Of a stretch of 64,000 nt of DNA, positions 36,101 through 49,594 are shown piece by piece; position 1 is the stretch's first letter, and each line of letters begins with the position of its first letter. The notes beneath the pieces are model-generated. The model was not told where the DNA came from and did no database searches. It was given only the letters and a program-made list of their open reading frames with translations. Source of the stretch: Fimicolochytrium jonesii (Eukaryota). The position numbers were made by a program, and so were the translations under genes. The DNA lies in contig NW_026515705.1 of the NCBI RefSeq assembly GCF_025526975.1, positions 1 to 64,000 on the forward strand, read 5' to 3'.

Positions 36101-39097
36101 CCAGGTATCACAGAGCCTGAAGATGATGCCGCCCAATCAAAGAAAACGGTTCACTGCCGAGTCAACCGAGTCAGACGGATCACCAACCACTTCAGCATTG
36201 AACAATCTGATCAGCGCCTACGGGGATGATTCACGGTGGTCCCAAGATAGCAGCAAGCCGGTGCCAAGGCTTAGTGAAGCCTCGCACTCATACTCGCCTT
36301 CGCATGGCACCGTCCTAGAAGGGCAGGAAGGAGCAGAGGAGTTCGGCTCGCAGCGTTTCTCACGTCTTGGCACCCCAGCCCCACGTCAACACATGGCAGT
36401 CGTGCAACCCTCTGAAAGTGCATCGGACACCGGGCGCATATCGATAGCGTTGAACGATACAGATGAAGGCCGGGCCTCGAACGCATCTAAAACCAACAAA
36501 AAGACCGGAATGACTAAAGGCAATTCATTTGTTGCCAGCACAGCCACTCTAGGTGACGCTGAAGAGGAACTTGAGAGCAGCGAGAGCGCTGGACCCAAAA
36601 AGGGAATTCTGGAAGCGATCTCTGGGGCGTTAGGATTCAGCAGCTCAGCGGCCAGCCCCGAGCACCATGATGGAAAGGAAATCGCTGAACAGGACATCAC
36701 ATCACCTACTGGAATCCTTTCTAGCAGCGCTAACTCCTCTCGAGCTGCATCCCAAGGTGATCTTAAACATCACAAGGCACCACAGACGACGGAAAGCCCA
36801 AACATCGAGGAACCTTTACCGGAAATCGAGCCGCGAGAAGAAGTGGAACAAGCCGCCGGTGCAGGGAACTCGCATGTCACCAAACAGCATGGAGGTCAAG
36901 CCACGACAGATTCACCACGCGCATTGGCTTCGGTCTCCGAAACGTCTCAAGCAATAACACGCTCCACGGAAATCCCAAAACCGAGCCTGAAAATCACCCT
37001 ACATCCACTCTCCAGCTCCTCCTATCCGTTCACGTTGGATTTGTCCAAAGGCTCATATCGTCTCGGGCGCGGCGTCCCGCGGGAGGGGTTCAAAGCATTC
37101 TCGTCTCAAGTGGTATCCCGGAACCATTGTGATTTCATCGCTCGGGACGGGCGGATCTTTGTGCAAGATTGCGGGAGTAATAGTGGGACGTTCGTGAACG
37201 GCGTGCGTCTGAGCTCCGTTAGTCAGAAGAGCGAGGAGAAGGAGGTTTATGAAGGGGATATCGTGCAGCTGGGGAAGGACTATGAAGGATCGGCTTCTGC
37301 TACCATCGCCGAATGTGAGTTGCTTACGGGATACTTGATTATGGATGCAGCAATTTGTTATTTCGCATGACTATCGCTAACCAATGTCCTTAGCTCGAAG
37401 GAGGGCTGTCAAGCTACGAGTGCATATAGGGTCACCAGACCTTTCTGCCAGCACGGAGTTCCCGAGGTAGGCGTTTCATAAGAGTGCAGCCATCCTGGGC
37501 CTCATCTGATGCTCGCGGATTCCCCGTCCAGTCACTCGAGACAAGAGAGCCAAGCCGCTCAACATGAGCGCAAGTAAGTTCTTTCTGGCCTTTGCCGGCA
37601 TTTGAAAGAGGACACTAACATCGTAAGCAGTGAGTCCACGGCCACGGCATTCAACGAAAAGGGCGATCAAGGGTATCGTATTCCAGACAAATCTCATCTT
37701 CTCGGTTTGAGCATCCAATCTGATTGAGCTGTCTGAATTTCCGGTCTTCACAGGCCATCGCAGGTGGAAAGGATCAATACCGGACAGAAGCCGTCAGATA
37801 GGAGGTTTGTTGGTTTCTTTCGCTCAACCGTCAGCATCCTGCCTGTCCCATATTCAACACGTTGACTCTTTCGAATATCCAGCAGTGCCGCCATATCCGT
37901 CCCTCCCGCGCTGAACATTCAAGTTCGGCCCCCGAGCATCAAAGTGAACACCAACCTCGAAAAAGCGCAGGGTCCGCAGACATCCGCCGATCCATCTCCG
38001 CGAACAGCGTACGTCCGCGACGAAACCACAGACGGCAGCGGACCCGCGTTTTTAGCGCCAGGCAACACCGCCGCGCCACCCGTACCCGCCCTGCCGGCCG
38101 CTCTCCAACAAGCCACCAAGCCCCGCTCCGCCAATGACGTAGGCGACCTTGGCGGCGACTGGACGTCGAAGGATAATTTAAATACGCAGATCACATCGCA
38201 TACGACGTCACTGACTGGACAGGAAGAGCATCCCGCAGAGGGCAGGGATACCGCTTCCACCGAGCTTTTGTCGCCATCGCAGGTGTTCTTTGAGAGCGTG
38301 CGGGAATCAACGACCAAGTTGGCCCCGCTGCCGGCGCTCCCGCGGAGTCGATACTCGCTGGTCGTGACGGGGACGAAGGATAAGCCGCGCAAGATTCAGG
38401 TCTTGAAGGCGGACGGGACTGACGCCGTCAATGTTGGGATCAAGCTGTGGGAGGCCAAACGGTACCATGTCCCATCCTCATATTTCGCATATAAGAGCAA
38501 CCTATCTGACATGTTATACATCCCTCACACAGCGTGATAATGATACAAGACCGACGCATCTCCTACGTCGCCCAGAACCCCGGCTTCGAGATCTTCCCCG
38601 ACCCAAAACACACCAGCTCGTCACCAGACACACCCACGCCCTACATCGTCACGACCGCGACTGGAGCATCGCTGGGCCGTCTCATACGGCTGAGCAACAT
38701 GAAGGTGTACGTCGAATCCGCGCCGCTGCTACCCTCGCTGCAGTCCTTTTACAAACTCGGCCAGGCGCCCAATGCTACGTCGCTGCCAAGTCTTAACGAT
38801 CAACCGGGGGCACCGGGATCTGCCGTGGACACGACGTCCTCGTACCCCGGCCCGACCTTCACGCTCGCGGGCGACCTGAAAGAGAACAAATTCATTATGG
38901 TGATGCGGCGACCCAATTCGCGCGAGCAGAAAGTGGTCGGGGAGGCCTCGGGGAGGCAGACGCAACGAAGGAATATGCTGGAGAATAGGTTCGTGACGTT
39001 GGTGGAGATCGAGGATGGGAGGTACGGACAGCTGCTGATGGCTGCACTGGTGTTTGTGGTGTTGACGACGGGGACGTCCGCAGGGGCTGGTGCATAA
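33156..39097 (+). CDS. Large FHA-domain protein: N-terminal helical region, long disordered middle, FHA, and C-terminal LURP-one/tubby-like domain
   Basis: ~4.1-kb first exon. FHA motifs RLGR...VVSRNH...QDCGSNSGTFVNG...GDIVQLG at ~36990-37280. Downstream exons run to TAA at 39097; the small exons at 37.4-37.9 kb are approximate. Confidence 0.8.
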
Positions 39098-39357
39098 AGG
39101 GGCGTTCTGACATCCTTTTCATTGTGGGGCACTTTCATTTGTTCATTTGGACGCTGAGCGTAAACTAAACCGTCAGGCATCCTTTTATGTGTAATAGAAT
39201 TTTTTGCAAATGTTGATGATCTGATAACCGAAAGAGCTACTCTTAGAATATCCTCACCCTTTCTCCCAGAAGAACCTTCAAACGCTCATGATTTACATTA
39301 GAGAAGTGACTTGAAACTATATGCCAAAACGCCAACTAGCGGATCCCTTGGCCCGTC

Positions 39358-42300
39358 TCACGCCTCATTCTGATCCCCCATGTACAGCGTCCTCCGCCTA
39401 TCATCCGGCAATCCCTCATCGTCAGCAACCACAGATCCTTCCGTCCTTGCCGTCCCTGCAGATCCAGTGCCAGCACCAACCGAGGCCTCATCCGTCGCGT
39501 AAAACCGCATCAAAGTCTCATACCCCTCAAATCCGCCCGTCCCAAAAGTCGGCGAGAAACTTCCCACCGCGGGTGACCCGGACTGTCCGGAATCCCGTTT
39601 CCGTTCCTGTCCCGAACCGGTGGTGATGGTCGTAGGTAAGGTCGTGGGTGAAACAGGAGCCAGCGACGCACCCAGCGATCGGATCGGCGACGACGGCGCC
39701 CTTGGGAAGGGCGATGTATGCCGCTGTGGAACAGGGTGTGGATTGTTGGTGTACTCCGTCGCAGGCGAGCTCGCGGTAACCAACAAAGCAGGCTTAGCCG
39801 CCCCTCGCTGCAATAAAATCTCCGCCGGGATGTACTCCTCATTCGGCGGTCTCCTAGGGTTGCCCTCATTCAAATCCTCGTCATACCCAGGCGAATTGCT
39901 CGCCAAACTATCCGTGCGGTCGGGCGGAAGGGGCCATGGCTGTATGATATCCAAGGCGAGCATGGCCGTCGGGCTCGTCACCGAACTGGAGGCGTCCGAG
40001 TCCTGCTCATCTTTCCCGAACTCCGGATTGATCGTATCCGTCACCTGGGATGAGGGGTCGATTTGGAGCGCGGAGAGGGTGGCTTTGAGGTGTTCTTGGT
40101 GGCGAGATTGCTGTTGGAGCATGCGCTGGACGACGGGGTTGAGCGGGGAGGAGGGGTTGTTGGGTGTTGGTGGAGCGGGGCCTAGTGGGGATGCTTGCGA
40201 TTGGGAGGAGGAGAACGTCGAGTTTGCTTGGGATGCGGTGGATGGGGAGGGGATGGAGGAGAGGGCAGATCCCGGGCGTGCGATGCTGGCGGCTTGTATC
40301 TGCGGATTGTACTCGGGTTGTGTGAATTCGCGCATAGACGCAATACTCGGGCGTTGCGAAACCGAGTTCGAGCTGTAATACGCAGAAGACAGTGATGGCG
40401 TCGACGCACGCATCGGGATGGTCTGGCGAGTATCCCCGTCCCGACTTCCGATCGTGTCCCGACTGCTGGTGCTACGCAGTGATTGCGGAAGGGTCAAAGG
40501 CGTGATCGGTACGGGCAGGCCGGGTGGTAAGTTATCCCCGTAGAAGTCACGGTGGGCGCGTTGGTAAGCCATCCGGACCATGGGATTCAACCGTTCGATG
40601 ATCCTGTTACCAATCTGTGCAATGAAGATCAGCAAGTGCCCCAAGAGCACCCAAAAGCCGTAGTGGAACGCACCTTGTGACTCCCAATCCTCCTCAACAG
40701 TCTCACACAAGCGCGTCTAACCTCCCACCGCCAAAAGAACAATCCCGTCGCAATCGGGAAAAGGCCGCCCTGTCGTTCCGGCAAGAGCCCCAACAGCTCC
40801 GTAATCATCCCGTCGGTCGCACAACAGAGCACATCTTGCAGGGTCAAAAACATTTTGACGACGGACGGGTCGTAGCCGTCGTAACCCGTGCGGAGAAAGG
40901 TGACGATGTGTCGCATGTCGATGGACGTGATGGCCCGGCGTTTGAGGTGGATTGCGTATTCCTGGGCACAAATCAAAGCTCATGGGCCTCCGTTCAGGAA
41001 GCCTCCGTTCCCACCCTCAAATGAGAAAAGAAAAACCACTCACCCTCCTATAATTCGCAAAGCTCCTCGTCCTCATCCACGCGCCAATCCGATTGATCAG
41101 CATTCCCAGCTCCTTTTTCTTCGCGGCGGGAGACGCAAAATAGGTGCCAAATCCCATCTCCGGGTAGGTGACGTGTTGCGGTTGGATGGAGATGGCGGAC
41201 TGGCGGTCGCCGTTGTGGTCGCGGTCGTAAACGGAGGCGACTTCGGTGAAGCGGAGAACGTAGTCGAAGAACTTCTGGCGAAGGGTGAATTCGCTCGCGT
41301 GGGATTGGGCGAGGGTTAGTGCCTGGCAGGATGAACAAAATGGGTTCGAGATGTGTTAGACTGTCTCCCCCAATAGGGCTCTTGAATATGACAAAGGATG
41401 ACGAACGCATCTTTAACCGTCGACTTACTTCCAGAGCCAGCTCATTCTCCCCCTCCCAGCGCATCGACCTATTCCACTCCTTCTCCCTTTCTTTCGTACT
41501 TCCACCCGCATAGTCATTATCCCGACTCCCAACGCTGGCAATGAGATGCGGACTGACAGTAATCTTGCCCGTGTTGACATTGCACAGGACGTCCCACCAT
41601 GTTTGCTGCTCTTCGAAGACCGGGTTCGTGACGCCTGCGATATAATCCTGGCTGCGTTCCTTTCAGTCAGAAAGGGTCGAGCAGTGCCAATGTCTAGTAG
41701 GTGGCCACACTTACGTCGCCAACAGAGTGTCCAACCCGGCAAGACTAACATACGGATAACACCGCTGCGTCAGCCCCGTGATCACTCCCCCGCCACCGAC
41801 CAGCGCACACGCAGCAAGCACATAATTCGCCACCTCCCCACTCGGCTTCTTATCGCCCAGAAACAGCACCCGTTTCCCGGCCAGGATTGCGTTCATGATC
41901 AGCATGATCGGGTGTGTCTGCGCGCCGTAGTCGATGTCGGGGTGCCAGCTGTATTGAATTCCGGCTTTCCAATGCTCTTTGGAATTGGGTTCTTTGCCTG
42001 GGCCCGATGCGGGAGGGTAGATGGTGGCGGTGCCGAAGCGCATGAGGAGGGTGGCGAGGCTGGGCTAGGGAAACGAGTGGAATGTCAGATGGGGAAGGCC
42101 GGTGGAGGTTATTCAGGTTGGGGCATACTCACATCCCCGAACTCCTCGCGATACATAACCAACGGGATCCGTAACGGTACACGTATCCCCGAGTATTGCA
42201 CCGCGGTTTCAAAGAACTGCCGGTCCTTATTGGTAGGTTTATGCGTGGCCTCTGACTGTATTGATGCCGCCTCCACATTGATCGCAGTCAGATCCGACGC

Positions 42301-43871
42301 CCTGCCATCCTTAGTGTCCCTAAGGGCAGACGCTGCGGCGGCCTTCTGTTCATCCTCTAGGAGCTTATCATCCAGAATCTTATGGTCTTCCGTCCCGCGG
42401 AAGATCTTCTTTTCGCTCATGGACAGGCGTGGTATTCGAGAAATGTCGAGGCTGTTGAGGGAGTAGAACAGGTCTTCGAGGATGCTGACGCCCGGGTCTT
42501 CGAAAAATTTCTCTAATGCGAGGATAAGCAGAGGCTGAATGTCACCTTTATGTGAGACATGTGGTGGGGATGGAGACGGGTGGGGACACCCAGCGCACTC
42601 TTGTAAAGTACCTTGAATACATGCACCCACTGGGGAGATGACTTTGATCAACGAAGATATTATGGAAGCAGGCATACATCGGTAGAAGGCTTACCTGGTA
42701 CCGAGATGCAATTGCCATTGCCTTCACGCGAGCACCGCGCCGGACGGTTGAAATATGTTTTGTCCTCACAAGATTTAGCACATACAACAATGGTCGTTCC
42801 ATCTCATTCAACGGCGGCGGTTGCGGTGGTCTTTCTACACGGCCCTTCAGCAATCAGGAATCTTGTGCGTGCACATTGCCTCCGTTCTCGCAGATCACAC
42901 AAACCTGCTCGACCGTTCCAGACGGCTCCACAAGCGTCGATCAACTCCACAAAGTAGTGTTCATCATCATCATTGTCGAATCGCAGGGCGCAGACCCCCA
43001 AATCTCCGTACAGATACAGACACAACGGTGCTACCCGGCAATACTCGGCCTCCCTCAAGTCACTGAAAACAAACAGTGATTCGGCTTAGTGTACGAGGTG
43101 ACACATGGAAACGATTGCCACAATGAAACAAATATCCTGCTCGCGAGCGAAGGGATATTGGGCGATGCCGCTATCCCACTGCTCGCTTCGCTCGCGAGAA
43201 GGATGTTGGTGTGATGCATTTTCCTCAAGCATTTTTTCGCCAGCTTTCGCAACGGACTAGCTAACGCTCGCCCTCGCTTTGCTCGATCATACTTACATCT
43301 CAAAAGTCTCCGGGCACAACTGGGTCCAGATATTACAGTACCCGGCCTCAAGGTGCAATGCGACTTTCTGTCCTCTGCCGACATCAACCCAGCCCCTCTG
43401 GGATCCCTCGTAGATGTATGCAGACACGGATGCGACCACGGATGAGGTAGGTCTGGCCTTAGCAAACTCCTCATAGACGACCCCGGCCGTCTCTCTGGCC
43501 TGGAGGTTGGAAGTCGTGGGATTGTGAGCCCTAAGCATATTTCCGATGATGAATTGTGGAGCACAACGATAGATCCTGTCTTCCCACCTGCCCCGCTTCC
43601 TTCTGATTCAGCAGAAACATCGTCCAGTCTTCGTCCCGCAAGTGTGCACCGTCGGGAAGCATAAGTTCGGCGAGGACACTACATACATAACGTAAGTTAG
43701 GAATGACCTATGTCCTTACGCCACAAAAGGTAGCATATGGCCAGGTATGGCTACTCACTGTGGGTCAACGCCGGTGTCTATCGGGTATTGGTGGGTCAAT
43801 GACGACCCCCGGTCAATGTCAAACTCTGCGACGAGAATGGAGTCCACCGCCGAAAACAACGTTGCGGACAT
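39358..43871 (-). CDS. Afi1/MesA family polarity protein (longin/DENN-like with SPA domain), multi-exon
   Basis: ILVAEFDIDRGSSLTHQYP; LAELMLPDGAHLRDEDWTMF; LYVLNLVRTK...RRGARVKAMAI; NAILAGKRVLFLG...VANYVLAAC; PGFIAGVGN-like; GGLFPIATGLF. Confidence 0.9.
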
Positions 43872-45911
43872 ATTGAACTTGCGCCGTATTATCGAAGCTG
43901 GGGTGGCCGACCGGAGGCTCGGAGTTGTGCTGCGAGCTTAGCCCACTCTGTCGTAGGTATCTGCAATATATGTGCTGTTATGTGCAGAATGGGATTCAGG
44001 CGCAAGGAAGAGCCCTATGGAAATCTTGTTTCCTTCGCAATGAATTCTGGTTTTGTGCCCTACATGTATTTCAGCCCATCTCTCCCCAAGCAGCACATCA
44101 CAAGCGGTTACAGGTTCAACAGTGCATAGTAGGTTTACATAAACCAACCAACATCTCGCTTGACGGAGGACGTTTCTGTTGGAAGGACCGAACTCACTGG
44201 TATCCCCAAGGCCCTATATGACACCCAACATTGCAAACACTACTGCACATCACATCCACCTGCGCAGCCCTACATATACACGCCAAAGTCGCCGCGGCTA
44301 CCCATCTATACTCTACAGTTCGGATACGCCTAGGGTATTACGTTCTCAAGTCTCGAGGTCTGAATGGCAGGGTTCGTCCAGTGTTCGGTCGAGCAAGTCG
44401 AACAGGTCTTGTGACTCCTCAGTTCCAGCAAGGGAAAGCGAGCCAGTGTCCTACCCGAGCGAGCTTCACGTTTGCGAGGATGGCAGGCCCAGGATGTTGA
44501 AAGAGTGGGGTGCTGGACACGTGCGAGCCCGCGATTGCTATGGCGACCGCAACGAGCGACGGAGTTCAGTATGATGATGGATTTGTGGCGAGTTGAAAAA
44601 GCTATGAGCGTACCCAAGGGACATGCTGTGTTCCTTAGGGAGCTTCATATGTTGCCGAAGTTCGTTTGTCCCCTCGAAGTCTTACAAATCCCCGCTAATC
44701 GCCCCGTCCGGCTTCCAAGTACTGGCGGTGCAGGCAAATGCTTGCCCTTCCTCCTCATTCTTTGTCGTTCTTTCATGCATGTTCATTTCCGCGAGGAACT
44801 TCGATAGGGTGATGTGCGTCTCCTTCACTTCAGGTCCATCGCTCTGAAGTGGAAGACCTCTCGTCGGGTTGTCAACTGTGTTGGTGCGCTGAGTTGCATG
44901 TGTCTTCGGGCTGCTATTTCAGATCATGCAGCCGCGATTGCCAGTGAATGCCGAAGCATGCTTCTCGAAAATGAGGGCCAGCGATGCACAGCATGTCTTC
45001 GTCAATGTCCGTCAATGTCAATGAACTTTTCACGAGGTAAAAGTCTCTTCTCATCGCAAAACACCTGAAGTCGTTGGAGTCCTGCCGCATCCTTGTACGC
45101 GGGCAGGAAGCGCAGGCACGCCTGCCATTAAGCTTGTTGTAAGCCTTCAATGGTGGTTGCGGCGACAGCAACGTTCACCTCATGATTGTACTCCTGGAAG
45201 TATAGCAATGATCCCGTCCAACGGTTTATATCTGTCATCCAAGCATGTCATCTGCATGAACCTTGCAGATTTCCTAATCAATTGAAAGACTGTCCCGTTG
45301 CCCCAACCGAACGAGCAGTACACCTTTACACCTCAGCTCCACTCGTTCCTCTTCTATATTTGTCCGCATTGTCGAGGGAGGCGTAAGCCTCAATGGTGAC
45401 GATGCGACCGTAAAAAGGTCACCAACGGCTCGGAGGCAAGAACGCCAAAGGAGCAAAAAAGGGTGGGTGGGACGTCCGAAGGGTTCATACAAGCAAAGTT
45501 AGCAAACAAACCCCCACTCAAACGGGCTCGCTGCCAGCTGGCAGCGAGGAAAGCCCGTAAGAAACGAGGGCATCCGGGAAAGCACGCATGCAATCAGCAT
45601 GACTCGGATTCAAAAAGTGATGTGCGACGGCGCGAAGATTTGAACATTTTGAGCACATTTGGGAGGCTCCATCTGGAATCTGACCCTGGGTTGCAACCTT
45701 GGAACCATTGGAATTCAGGGCCAAACCCCGGAACTTTCAAATTCTCGTCCTACCTGCGGGCGTTCGTCCTACTGAGCACTGGCATCATGGAAACCGTGTC
45801 GAAGGGTCAAGCCTCCGAGAGTCCGAGTATAAAAGGATTTGGAGAGTACATCGGGGCCCTCCCCCGTCTCCCCTGTTGGAGATCCGAACTATCTTCCGTC
45901 TCGCTGCCACG

Positions 45912-47703
45912 ATGAAACGCTTCACACTCCGTCTCGCCCCTGAAGGCGTTCAGTTCTACAACCTCGACCCTGCTGCAACAGTCACCGCTACCCGCTTTGT
46001 CACTATCGCCGCTTGGGCTTGTATCTGGTTCCTCGGCGAACGTTTGAGGGTCCTCTATTCTGCTTGGCAGTTGCACGTTGATGGGAAAGTTAGGATTGGG
46101 ACGCTTGCGATAATTGGCTCGTTCAAGGAGTTGCGGTATTTGGGTGGGAAGAGGACTAGGCGATGTGGATTGGTCGCGTTGCTTCTCCTAAGCGCTTATT
46201 TGATTGATTATGGAGGTGAGTGCCCAATACCCTTAATCCGGGCCCTTAGCGAGTCTCAGCGAGCGTCAGATTTTGCGAGGGAAGCGAGCACCACATTGCG
46301 CCAAATGCCCAATACTCCCCTCATCCGCCGAGCCCAACCTCCTTGTCGCGAGCGGAGGGAGCAGGGTATCGTTCAATCAACCGTCCAACCGACCTTCGCT
46401 TCGCTCATCCAATCAACCTTTGCTTCGCTCATCCAACTCATTCGCTTCGCTTACAGGCGGCTTAATCCTGGTGAACACGACAAAACAATATGATTCATGC
46501 GGCATCCACCAATTGACGACCCTGGCTAGGCCCGTTAGCATGCAAGGCGCCCAGTTCTACAACCACACCGACTACACCCGTGCCATCGAGCTCCTGTACA
46601 AATCCGCTCAGATTCCCACAGGCGACATCCCCGGCGTCGTGGTGCACGATCCGACATGGCAGTACGTCTCCAACCTATCCGCCGGCACCATCAAATGCGA
46701 AGCAACCCAGACGTCGTTCAACTACAGGGGGAATGTCTCGTTGGGCGTCCGATCATCCGCGTTCGCTTTCGAGGGATTCCCGACCCAGCCCGGCCAGACG
46801 GGGCCACCGGGGTACCAAAGTGTGCAGTACCTGTTTCCCGACGTGCCGCAACCCAGCATCCGCTACGGGATGGGTCACGGCCGGTACATGCAGCCCTGCG
46901 CCTCTGACCCACAGGCTCAGTGCGCGACCAACTTCGACCACCACTGCGTCGCCGCGTGGCCAGACACCCCAACCTCGTTCAATCTCCTACTCATCAACGT
47001 GTACAAGCAGTTCGCTGACCCGATCAACCTCGGCCGTCTGAACGGCACCGATCTCCGCGTGCCGTACACCCTCGAAGGCCTCGTCCCTGCCTCCCTCTGC
47101 AAAGTCTCCTTCACAAATCCCGACGTGGTCTCCAGATGGGGCGAGATGAACCTCCCCTACCCAGACCGCTTCACCACCTATGTGACCAACCAGCTCACCA
47201 AGGAATGGGGCATCAACGTCCGCACCGCTATTCTGACCAACACCACCCCCCAGGAACCCAAGACGAATCCAATCGACCTGATCACTCGTCTTATTTTGAC
47301 AATCGGCACCGACCTCGCTGCCGACGACCAGACAACGTCGGCCTCCTTCTCGATTCCCTGCTCCGTCCTCTCGTGGGTCGGCGTTCTTACCGTCGTCTTC
47401 CCCATCATCCTCGTGCTGCTGATGACTTCTTACCTCGCATACGTGCTCATCCGTGTCGGCGTGGTCATCAGAGAACATTTGGAATTAATTCCCGTGGCGG
47501 CGTCCGAGTGGGCTGGGCTGGCGATCAAGGAGGCGACGGGGTTGGATAAGCGAGCAGGGTGTAAGGACGTGTTTGAAGAGCATTGTGAGGTTTGGTTGGA
47601 GAAGACCCGGGATGGGGTTCGGATTAGGCGGTGGGGGGACGAGGGGAGGGTGTTATTGAGAGGGGCCGAGCGGAAGCCTGCTCACGAGACGGAGGAGGTA
47701 TGA
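45912..47703 (+). CDS. Uncharacterised multi-pass membrane protein with large glycosylated extracellular/luminal loop (2 exons; intron 46216-46456)
   Basis: Two N-terminal hydrophobic segments, many NxS/T sites and Cys residues, and a C-terminal TM (VGVLTVVFPIILVLLMTSYLAYVLI). The start codon is uncertain. Confidence 0.7.
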
Positions 47704-48068
47704 AAGGGCTCGATGGCCGATGGCGGATGAGATATAAGGCGTAGTTGGGACTATGAACCCCATAGTTATCTTCCTCATCGTGCAGCGACTCCCTATCATA
47801 AATGCACTCGCGGGCGATGTCGCATTATTATACATATTTAGTACGTGACATTCTAGAGACTATACCATCAGGGATGCCCCATACAGTATTTTCATATGTG
47901 GCATCGAGTCGGCGGCGGGCGTCTATATGTCTGTCCACTAGCAACCTCGCCTCCAAACGGGAAGCTGTGTTCCCACGCGTTCTGGCTCTTTTTGCGTCTC
48001 GCCTGCCGTCGGACATCCAGACATTCCCGCACTTCCCAAACACCTGTCGCAACAACCGCCCAGCAACA

Positions 48069-49594
48069 ATGTCCCCTCCAGTCCCCATCACGGTCTTCAC
48101 AGGCTTCCTCGGTAAGCTCCCATGCGTCTCCTCCGTCTTCTCCCTTTCTTCCCCGTCTTCTCCGTCGTTCACCCTAACATTTCCATCAACAAACCTGCTT
48201 TCCCCCAGGAGCAGGCAAAACAACCCTAATCCTCCGCCTCCTCTCCTGCCTACCCCCCACCTACAACGTCGTCCTCCTGAAAAACGAGTTTGGGGACGTT
48301 AAAGTGGATAGTGAATTAGCGAGGGAGGGAGATAAGAGGGGGAATTTGAGGGTGACGGAGATGCTGAATGGCTGTATGTGTTGTGTGCTTGTGGGGCAGA
48401 TGAAGAACGCTTTGGAGGAGATTAGGGGTGGGTTGACAATTGATCTATGGGAGTGGCGGAATTAGCACGACGGACAGCGAGCGCGGGTGGGTTACCGTCC
48501 CGCCAAGGTCAATACGACCCTCTTTTCTTGGAGCGTTGGATATTTGCTGCTCAACATCCCCGTCGCAAGCGGCGTGAGCAGGGTTTTGTTTGGTCGACCG
48601 CTCTATTACCACTCGATTCACCACTGTCTCGCTCACGCACGGTCTACCTCTGATTCTAATAGAGAATATGAATCCATCGCGGATCATCATCGAGACATCC
48701 GGCTCAGCCTTCCCTGCCCCGATCGCATGGCAGATCCGCGAGCTTGGCGCGGAAAACTACACACTCGACGGGATCGTCACCGTCATAGGTAAGAAACCAC
48801 CCTCATCGAAGCTCTTCAACAAAGCTAGTTTCTTACCCCTCTGTTCCATTCCCAAAGACTGCGAAAACTTCCCCGGCTACGAAGACACCTCCTACACCGC
48901 GCGCCTCCAAGCGCAATACACCGACCTAATTCTCCTCAACAAGCACTCCCACATCACTCCGCGCCAACTCGACCTCGTCCTCGATCTCGTCAATGATCTC
49001 AACACCGACACGCCGAAAGTCCTTTGTGATGCCAAAAACGGGGATGTGGACCCTGATTTGGTGTTTGGGATTGATACGAAGCTGTTTGAGTTGCAGAATA
49101 GGGGACGGGATGAAGAGGTGTTGGGGGAAGTGGATGTGCGGCATATGGAGAGGGAGGTTGTTGTTATGAGTGTTTCGTTGAATGTCGGGGAGGATGCGGG
49201 ACATTCGCATGCACAATCGCATGCTGTACACACGCACGACGCCTCCAACCCCTGCACATCCCCAACCTGCACCGTTCCCATCCCAACCATCTCCACCCCA
49301 CCCGCCCTCACCCCCGCCCTGCTCACCACTCTCCTCTCCTCCATCCCCCCCGACGAGATCTACCGCATCAAAGGCCTCATCCTCCTCTCCCAGAAACTGC
49401 ACATCCTAAACTGGGCATTCGGCCGCCTCGACGTCACTCCCGTGACGAACAGCGATATTCTGGATGAGAATAAGGATGTGGCTGTGCGGTTAACGGTGAT
49501 GGGGTGTAGGGGCGGGGAGGTGGGGAGGTGGGTGGAAAGGATTAGGGAGGGGTTGGGTGTGCCGGAGACGGTGGTGGGGGTGGGAAGCGTTTAG
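48069..49594 (+). CDS. COG0523/CobW-family G3E GTPase metallochaperone (Zng1-like)
   Basis: VFTGFLGAGKTT, KNEFG, NGCMCC (CxCC), IIIETSG, LLNK, a His-rich stretch, and CobW_C YRIKG. Confidence 0.92.

Noticed and set aside
43900..45900. Short ORFs between Afi1/MesA and the membrane-protein gene
   Set aside because: No recognisable motif, codon bias or consistent exon chain was found.
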